From Cyanophora paradoxa CCMP329 (taxonomy: Eukaryota > Plantae > Glaucophyta): a stretch of DNA of 64,000 nt. A program made the position numbers and the translations under genes. The DNA lies in NCBI GenBank assembly GCA_004431415.1, contig QPMI01000133.1, positions 124,001 to 188,000 on the forward strand, written 5' to 3'. A model generated the notes under the pieces. The model saw nothing but the letters and a program-made list of their open reading frames with translations. It ran no database searches and was not told the DNA's origin. This document shows positions 55,933 through 64,000 of this stretch, one piece after another (within the stretch, counting starts at the first letter, position 1; every line of letters begins with the position of its first letter).

Positions 55933-58900
55933 TTAAGCAGCCTGGCTGCGCCATTGATCTATTTGATCTTGTAGACCCTTGCATTTCTTAGATAACTCTT
56001 TAACGGCTTCTATGAGAACTGGAATTAAACCCGTGTATTCGAGAGAAAGGTAACCATCTTCTTTTGTGACACTTACAATTTCTGGTATTACCTTTTCTAC
56101 ATCTTGCGCAATTAAACCTAATTTTGTTCCGTCTTTTTCACTCCCAATTCGTTTAAAACTCACTCCTTCTAATTTTTCGATTGCTGAAAGAGCGCCGGTT
56201 ATCTTTTTAATATCTGTTTTGTATCTTCTGTCACTTCCTTGTGTTAAATAATTGTTTATCCACATCCGCCCGTCATGATCGATCCAACAAATATTAGAAT
56301 CTAATTCATTTCGAAATCTTATTGGATAAGTTCCTCTTCCTTTCAAATATGTAGAATCATTGTTACCGAAATGAATTCGATTATATCCATCACTGGAATT
56401 AAACCAAGTCTCCACAGCTCCTGTTAAGATATTCGGTTTGCTATAAATATTATTCCAATGAATATAACCGGTGTGACCTCCATAACTATGTCCAACCCAA
56501 ATTTTCACGAAATTTATACCCATAATATGAATTCTTCCAATCTTTGGATATATCCGAATTCTTAAAAACCGATTCCCAAGGAAGATAGGGACATTATTTA
56601 AGCCGCTGTGGTTGTTATCTGCTGATCCTGCATATGGATGGTAGTTATTGACAGTTGTTATGAAAATCGCGTTACCTTGTCTATTAATGCCCCAAATTTC
56701 GAAAAGTCGTGTGTTGCTCCAAGGTAAATGTGTTAAATATGCGGTGCCTGAATGCATTCCACTGGGTATCTTGTATTCAATCCAAGCGGTAGAAGTTTGG
56801 TCATCAGTTTCATTATTATATGCATAACCACCATAACTATAATACGGATCCCATGAGGTGCCTATCCCAAATGTCCAACTTCCGGAATAGTTATATGGAT
56901 CATTTCCCGCAACAGCGCCATCCTCTTCATAAAACTTTGGAATTGAATAACCATGTATTTGTAAATTTGTTGTAGCATTAATAGTGGGTGCTGTAATAGT
57001 GTTTTTCACCCAAAAGTTACCATTGTTATAAGACTTTAAAATTGCTCCATCTGCTGAGTCTCTAAATTCAATTGACACACCGTCACCATTTGGTCTCCCT
57101 CGTATATATGTGCAATCGCCATTACCAAACCAAATTCGCTCGACTGCATCTACTGATTTTAACCATGTATTTGTTGCCCATGTTGCCGTTCCTGGGAGGT
57201 CTGCGGCTGAATAAAATGACGGTTTGCTAAATATATTATCCCAAGAGATCATGCCCAATTCATTATCTGTTGCCCTCTGCCTACTCCAACCAAAAACTCC
57301 TGTGAGATGAATGCGACCTTTTCGACCTTGAACATAAATATATTTGTAGAATTCGCAATTAATAGAGACAAACAAAATACAATTGTGTGTTCCATCTTGA
57401 TTAACTTCCTGAATTACTTGATAAGCATTTACACGCTTTAAGAAATGTTGATATCCATTAACAGTTTGCCCGTAGATATCGAAATATCTACAATTACCCC
57501 AAGGCATGTGCTGAATATAAAACGATTTCATACCTGTCGGAACAACCCACCTCATCCAACATCCGCTACAATCATCATTATTTTGTGGTGTTGTATAACA
57601 TCCTGTTTGTCCGGTTCTTGCTGTCCATCCTGTAACAGTCCAATTATTCGCGCTTCTATCTGATGAAACCACATCTAATTGGTCGAAATCGTAACCTTTT
57701 GGTATTGTGGTTCCGCCAATTTGTAAAGTGGTAGCATTCACAGTTCCTGTTACAGTTCCACCTGTTAGAGGTAGATAATTAGCAAGTGCCGCCGTTAAAT
57801 CGGTATCTGTAACAAAATCTGTAACAGCTAACTGTAATTCTGTATTTGTAACATAATCTTTGTTTTCTAAGTAATCATCTGTAACAACACCGGAAAGGGT
57901 TGTATTGTGTAAGTTTTTCGCCGCCATTCTCTGATTGACTTCTAAGGCGCCACCTGATAACGTTTTTATCCACGCCATCTCACATTTCCCGAAATCATCT
58001 TTTGGTTGTCCCACAACAGGAAGGTAGTTTACAACTTTCTCCCTTGTGAACACAATTTTAGGTCTTGCTCCATCATATGCGCTTTGATCTGTAACGTTTA
58101 TTTGAATAGCTGCTGAAAAATCGGCTACTTGTCCTATTTCACCTGGGTGATAATTCGTGACATAAATACTGGGGAAAGTATCATTTACTCCTACATTGAA
58201 ATCGCCATCATAAACTCCATTTACAATTGGATCCCTGGGTAATCTTACTGCAAGAGTTCCCTCCATTGGAGTGCCTGTTTGACCTGTAAAAGTCCCATTG
58301 AGACTAACATAATGATCATTCAAAAATAGCCTTTCAGGTGTATTAATTGATTGGTAAAGTGTGACTCCATTAAAAACGTTTCCGATTGCATTCAATTGTG
58401 CAAATACTGGCTGTTGATCTATTTCGTCCCAATCGTGCCTATGGGCGAAATCTGTAATATCGGCTTTGACGTGTTCATGTGCAAAATCCGTAATATCTGC
58501 TTTGACATGTTTGTGTGCGAAATCTGTTATTTGGTCTTTTGTGTGAGTGTGGGCGAAATCTGTAATATCGGCTTTGACGTGTTCATGTGCAAAATCCGTA
58601 ATATCTGCTTTGACATGTTTGTGTGCGAAATCTGTTATTTGGTCTTTTGTGTGAGTATGGGCGAAATCTGTAATATCGGCTTTGACGTGTTCATGTGCAA
58701 AATCCGTAATATCTGCTTTGACATGTTTGTGTGCGAAATCTGTTATTTGGTCTTTTGTGTGAGTATGGGCGAAATCTGTAATATCTGCTTTTACATGTTC
58801 ATGATCTGAGGGTGGGAATTTTTCGGGTGCGTCAGGGATATTATCCCATCTAAAATAATCTTCTGTTACGACTCTTGAAATATTTTCGTTATGAATGTTT

Positions 58901-60748
58901 TTCGCTGAGGCTCTCTGATTGATTTCTAAAAGACCCTCAGGAACTCCACCATTATAATTTGTTTTTATCCATGCTACCTCACACTGTTTATAATCGTCAC
59001 GATTTCCTAAAAGGGTTTCTGCTGCGAGTTGTTCACGACTGAATATAAGTTTTGGTCTTGATCCGTCCAAATCGCTAACATTTGTTACATTAATTTGTAT
59101 AGTGGCGTTATGGTTTGCATAATTGACTGGATCAGAAGGGAGAGATATTAAACCTCCTGTCATCGGGACATCATCCACGTAGTAATTGGTTAAGTAGATT
59201 CCTGGTTTAGTGTCTTTAATTTCTATGCCACCACCAAGTGGTAATATTACATTTCTTGTAGGTGGTCTAATATAAAGTTCACCCTCCATAGTGGTGCCTG
59301 CATCTATTCCTTTGCGACTTACGTAGTAGTCATTTAATTGTAATCTTTCTGGTGTGTCTATATTTTGGTAGAGACTCACACCATTGTTAATATCTCCTAA
59401 TAATACATTTCCTGCTGATGCAAAAGTAGGCTGTTCGTCAATTTCGTCCCAATTATGCCTATGGTCTTCCGGCGGAAACTGCTCTGGTATTCCATCGATA
59501 TCGCCCCAATCATGCCTATGGTCTGTGGGTGGAAATCTATCTGGTTTATTATCAATCTCGTCCCAATCATGTCTGTGTTCCTCCGGCGGAAAAGTCTCAG
59601 GTTTGTTCGTAATTGATTCCCAGTCTACGGTGAACTCCAAGGGGAAGCAAATAGGATCAAAGCCGTCTGGAAGCAGCTGTTCATGCGGAATCACAGGCTG
59701 CTCGTACTCGAGTTCTTGAACGTCTAATCCGTCGGGAATTAATTGCTCCTCCGGCTCTGTGTACATTTCGAGTGGGAAAACTTCAATATCAGGCGGCAGG
59801 TATTCCTCATGTGGATGCTTATAGGGTTCTATCACTGGACGATTCCTGACAGCCTCCCATGATATAATATTTTGACCAAATGGGATTGTCTCATCGGCAA
59901 CTCGCTCTCGACCTGGTCCATCCGGCGTTGGCGGCTTTGGTAGCCCTGGAAGAGGCGGTATAGGTGGTATAGGGACAATAGGTCCGAAGTAGTAGTTGAA
60001 AATGTTGATCACCTCCTCTTCAGTGCTAACCTTCTTACCATCCTGATAAATATTAGTTCCATGAATATTTCTCCACTGCCTGGTGCGAAGCCCTAGGTCA
60101 TATCTATCATGCAATGCGGGGAGCAGGTGCCTGTCAGCCTCAATCAAGATAGAGCCAAAGGTGCATCCAGGAATATCTAACCTGGTGGCTGGCTCGGTAT
60201 CGATTTGATTAACATCGAAACCGTACAAAATATTTGTCTCTCTTGCAGCAGTATATAGTAAATCCCAGGGAAACGGCTGAATTTGTGATGCTAGCACTGA
60301 TATTCCTGCATCTTCACCAAGGAGAATTCTCCCTGTAATTGGGCCGCAGTTTTGTTTGTGACATCATTGGATTCATCAATTAGACGTAGAGCTGATGTGT
60401 GGACCCTCTATCATTTTGGAGCCTAAAGATTAATCTACCAGAATCATATTTGGAAACTGTGCCTGAGGAGGCAATTCGCAGGTGCCGCGGCAACGCCCTG
60501 GATCCGATTATTTCAGCAACATAATTCTCAGCTGGACCCAGACAAAATCTCTGTGCGATATTTGGGGCACCGACGTGTGAATTGCGCAGAATTAATGCAG
60601 CTGGTCGATTAAACTCGGTCCTGTGGATGTCACGATCAGCATTGTAGTCAGCCAAGATGCTTCCGAAAACGCGAATATTTATATGTCGATCATCCACGAG
60701 ATCTGGAGCTTTACGAAGTGGCACTGGCTTCTTCAAGATGTAGGACAT
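55933..60748 (-). CDS. Large fibre/spike protein with HxH repeats, duplicated domains and a C-terminal peptidase S74 intramolecular chaperone; two frameshifts (C-runs 60404-60406 and 60331-60333), about 1605 aa restored
   Basis: The N-terminal piece 60380-60748 aligns with the fibre 1 N-terminus (DSGRLIF..QN). C-terminal GSDRRYKTDI...LGLIAQDVEKVIPEIV...YTGLIPVLIEAVKEL is the S74 consensus. Confidence 0.85.
58444..58803 (-). repeat. Coding tandem repeat: ten 36-bp units (HxHxKxxITDFA) arranged as a 108-bp higher-order repeat
   Basis: (HEHVKADITDFA-HTHTKDQITDFA-HKHVKADITDFA) x3 plus one more unit, with near-identical DNA. Confidence 0.92.
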
Positions 60749-60771
60749 TTTTATATAAGCCCCTTTTAAAA

Positions 60772-62255
60772 ATGAAGGTCATTCTCTCACTATCAGGTGG
60801 AGGTGCTCGTGGAATAGTCATAGCCCGAATTCTACAGCGGATTGAGGCGATTACTGGGAAAGCAATACCACAGCTGTTTGATTTCTTTGCAGGCACCTCA
60901 ACAGGGCAATAATAGCGGCCGGATTGGCGATCCCATCAACTCCAGGCTCTGTTCTTGCTTACCGATATTCTGCAGGTGATATCTTGAGTCTCTACCAGAC
61001 GAACCTGCCAACAATATTTGCAAATCCAAGATCACTGACAAGCTTGCTCTCAGGCAGCCGCTATGATGCAAACCCTCTGGAGTCGGTGCTCACAGACGTT
61101 GCCCTGGACTACACAATTGCAGAATCGACCAAAGACATATTAATTACAGCGTTTGATACAGTTCGGATGCAGCCCGTAGTTTTCACCAAAGATGGGCCAT
61201 ACTCGAGCACGCTGATTCGTGATGCAGTTAGAGCATCTTCTGCAGCGCCAACATTCTTTCCACCGAAGGTTCTAGGGGACAAAAACCTTGTTGACGGGGC
61301 GATAGCCTGTTTGAATAATCCCTCAGTTGCAGCGCTAAGCCACGCCAGCAAAATTTATGATGCAGAGGATCCAATTGTTCTTGTGAGCATCAGCTGTGGT
61401 GAGGTCCAAGCTAGTGAGCAACTGACTGCAGGCTTTTCGAATGCGGAGACGTCAGGCTGGGGCGCCCTGGGCTGGATCCTATCCCTCTCAGGCAGCCCAA
61501 TTATTTCTATGCTAATGGCTGGGAGCGAGCTGGAATCGCACTTTCAAATGCAAGAGCTGCTTCCAGTTGATGCAGATAGGAATCTCACTAGATACTGGCG
61601 TTTAAGTGTTCCGCTGCCAGCTGCAGTCATGAGCAAGCTTGATGATGCCTCGCCTTCGAATATTTCTTATTTGATTTCCACGACGGATTTATGGCTGAAA
61701 CAAACCGAAATAAATGCTAAAATAAATGCACTCTGTAGCTTTCTACTGGCGAATTACGACCTACTGAACGATGAGAGACTTATCATATCGTCTACCTTAA
61801 CAGTTGAGCCGCCATTTGATGTCAACTGGTTTATAATTCCAGATGCAAACATCACAAGCAACGACTTTGAGGAATTGCACCCACCTTCTCACGTGCGGCC
61901 TAACTCAACAGGGTTCCAAGGGGGTACTTTACCTAATCCCTGGATTAAAGTCGAGTTTCCCAAGCCTTTTGAGCTACATCAAATCATTATGTATGGGCCA
62001 GCCTTTGCTGCCGGAGTCCTATTTAATTTCAGCATTCTGACCAATTTAGGATATTTACGAGACGGGTCACTATTTGAAAACACGGTCCTAGCAAATGTGC
62101 TTGCTGCGAACCCAACTATGACAGGCTTCGATCTAATGCATAGTGACTCGCATTTAATCACCCCACAGGCGTATAACTATGTGCAAATTATAACAAACGA
62201 ATTTATAAATGTAAATGCATTCCGGCTTGATTTCCGGGGACGTTACCTAAACTAA
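60772..62255 (+). CDS. Patatin-like phospholipase with a diverged C-terminal discoidin-like domain; frameshift at G-run 60904-60906, about 494 aa restored
   Basis: LSGGGARG, GTSTG(A)IIAAGL once restored, SSAAPTFF, LVDGA and WIKVEFPKPFELHQI. Collinear with 44601-46136. Confidence 0.88.
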
Positions 62256-63137
62256 AAATTGCAGTTCACCAGACCAAGGCAGGCCATTCAGTGATACATC
62301 ATCACCATCTCTGTCGACAATGCGCAGTCGAAGAGAGGTCAGCACCAGGCGCTCTTCGATGGGGATCCACTCGCCGTCATTTTCCTGATTTATATAAACG
62401 AACTTGCCAACATCCTGGCTCATCTGGATTCGAGCGAGCCCGTAATTACACATTGATTTAGCCCCACGGCGAAGCTTCGAAGCAAACGGCCGTAGCTCTT
62501 CGCAGACAAGGAAGAGGTACTGGTCGCTGTTCATGTCGATTATCTTTGGAAATTCGACCGCGTAACCAAGTGCTATACTCTGCATTCTTCCGGTGAAATC
62601 GACGCCGTACTCAGGGTGTGCAGGTGTTACTGGAATGCCAGCAACCTCGAGGTACCGCTCAGCTGCAGTTGCTGGTCTTTGCGGCCCTTCAAGCACAATA
62701 GGAGACAGCTGGAGGGGCTCATTTCGGTTAAGCCCGAGCAGATTCGATAGAGCTTTAAACTGGCACGTCAGTGTGCAGGAACGGTTGCAATAGGCAGACA
62801 TTTTCAGCGTCTCTGGGTCCCGAAATAGTTTAAAATACGCAATTGAGATCCCTTCTAGCTCAATATTGAATGATAGGCCAAAGTTGTAAATATCTGTTTC
62901 GCCCAGATTTGCAGTCGTAATTATGCCAGGCTCAAACACCTCCACGTTTTGCGTTCCAAGGTAGGGAAAGGTGATGGAAAGATACTCAGCTTTAATGCTG
63001 GTGTAAAGGCTGTTTGCGAACTCACACTGGGTTAGTCGAACAGCAACTGGATTGATTATCGGTTCATTGATTTCGAGCACAAAGTTTGCCTCTGAATCGA
63101 TTGGCCTTCTGTCTCTGCTGTCAAACGTAAGCCGCAT
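62247..63137 (-). CDS. Minor capsid protein B of element 2
   Basis: LTFDSRDR and LTSLRLRIVDRDGDDVSLNGLPWSGELQF. Paralog of 30055-30986. Confidence 0.8.
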   Translation of the reverse strand: MRLTFDSRDRRPIDSEANFVLEINEPIINPVAVRLTQCEFANSLYTSIKAEYLSITFPYLGTQNVEVFEPGIITTANLGETDIYNFGLSFNIELEGISIAYFKLFRDPETLKMSAYCNRSCTLTCQFKALSNLLGLNRNEPLQLSPIVLEGPQRPATAAERYLEVAGIPVTPAHPEYGVDFTGRMQSIALGYAVEFPKIIDMNSDQYLFLVCEELRPFASKLRRGAKSMCNYGLARIQMSQDVGKFVYINQENDGEWIPIEERLVLTSLRLRIVDRDGDDVSLNGLPWSGELQFLV

Positions 63138-63165
63138 TTTTATTCTCTAACTGATATAAAAAAAG

Positions 63166-64000
63166 ATGCCTACGGACTACGTCTGCATTGCAAGTCACCA
63201 AGCGGAGGAGCTGACATCCACCTCGAAATTTAAAGTAAGACTGCCTAAAGTTTATCAGGATGTGAAAGCCGTGCGCTTGGTATCAGCTGAGATCCCCAAC
63301 ACTATGAGCACAATTGATGTACTCGATCCGGCAGAGGATTTAGTCTTTAACACCTATATATATTGGTGCAAATATGATCCCACTAATGAAGGACCCGACC
63401 CACCTCAGGCCGGATTTGGAGCGTGGAATAACATTGCAATTCCACCTGGAAATTACGACGTCACCTCACTTGTGACAGAGATAAACGAAAGGTTGACGGG
63501 AACAGGAATCACGTGCACGTATAATTCAGCGATCAAATTAATAGGGTTCACAGCTAACTTCGAGTTCTTTATTGCTCTGATGTTGCCAACGAACCAGGGT
63601 GGGCGGGAAGTCAGAAACTACCAGGCCGTTGCAAGGGCTCAGCGAACTGCAAAGCTTCTAGGGCTGCGATCAATTCTACCGATTCGGTCAAAGACATTAT
63701 CTATAAATACTGAATATATAGCAGGCGCTTATGAGCCTGATGTCACTCCTGATGATCATGTGCTCTTACGAATTCCTGAAATTGGTGACCTTGTCAGTAT
63801 GCCGAACACGTCAATACCTGGCTTCTTCTCGAAGCTGAGCATTCCAAGCGTACTTCGTCCAGGCGAGATAGCATACTATGATTCAACTGAAGCACATCCT
63901 TTGTACAAGTATATTTATTCAAAGCTGGACCTCTACTCTGTGACTATTGAGATTTATGATTTTATGCAGCGAATTGCTGATTTAAATGGAGGTCCTGTCT
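63166..64000 (+). CDS. Minor capsid protein A of element 2 (runs off the window; absent from the ORF track)
   Basis: MPTDYVCIAS...FKVRLPKVYQDVKAVRLVSAEIPN...YDSTEAHPLYKY...DLNGGPV. Paralog of 31015-32025. Confidence 0.82.
   Translation, partial: MPTDYVCIASHQAEELTSTSKFKVRLPKVYQDVKAVRLVSAEIPNTMSTIDVLDPAEDLVFNTYIYWCKYDPTNEGPDPPQAGFGAWNNIAIPPGNYDVTSLVTEINERLTGTGITCTYNSAIKLIGFTANFEFFIALMLPTNQGGREVRNYQAVARAQRTAKLLGLRSILPIRSKTLSINTEYIAGAYEPDVTPDDHVLLRIPEIGDLVSMPNTSIPGFFSKLSIPSVLRPGEIAYYDSTEAHPLYKYIYSKLDLYSVTIEIYDFMQRIADLNGGPV

Larger units (their letters stand above)
50338..64000. mobile_element. Endogenous Polinton-like virus, element 2 (partial; continues beyond the window)
   Basis: Diverged paralogs of element 1 genes: fibre, patatin, both minor capsids, the small SCC protein and the GGAYIG family. 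Confidence 0.85.

Noticed and set aside
46186-60748. Diversity-generating retroelement acting on the fibre genes
   Set aside because: There is no RT domain and no template/variable repeat pair differing only at adenines. The nearby retroelement is an unrelated insertion.
28399-64000. Matching right-hand terminal inverted repeat and TSD for element 1
   Set aside because: No reverse-complement copy of the left end was found by eye in the window, so the right boundary stays undefined.

Overview
Eukaryotic (protist-like) genomic window in two parts. 1-28.4 kb is GC-rich, intron-dense host DNA. It carries a large Cys-rich-repeat membrane protein gene (-), a small unknown membrane protein gene, an ABCG half-transporter, a class I/II aminotransferase and an F-box/LRR-like gene. 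From 28399 to the window end the DNA is AT-rich, intronless and gene-dense, and holds two related endogenous Polinton-like/Maverick-type viruses. Element 1 (about 28399-50123) starts at a perfect 28-bp hairpin whose loop holds three GCGAAGC mini-hairpins. It has three iteron/AT-core origin-like modules and encodes two minor capsid proteins, a major capsid protein (MCP), an A32-type packaging ATPase, a PrimPol/D5 helicase, an internally deleted protein-primed PolB, an rve integrase, a patatin-discoidin fusion and a phage-like HxH-repeat fibre. Element 2 (about 50338 to beyond 64000) has paralogous fibre, patatin and minor capsid genes. Its fibre has duplicated domains and an S74 chaperone, and one of its small genes is split by a 5'-truncated RNase H-bearing non-LTR retrotransposon with a 17-bp target-site duplication. 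Seven viral ORF breaks are each repaired by adding one base to a short G/C run, which suggests assembly errors and possibly intact viruses. All family calls come from motifs read by eye; no database searches were run.
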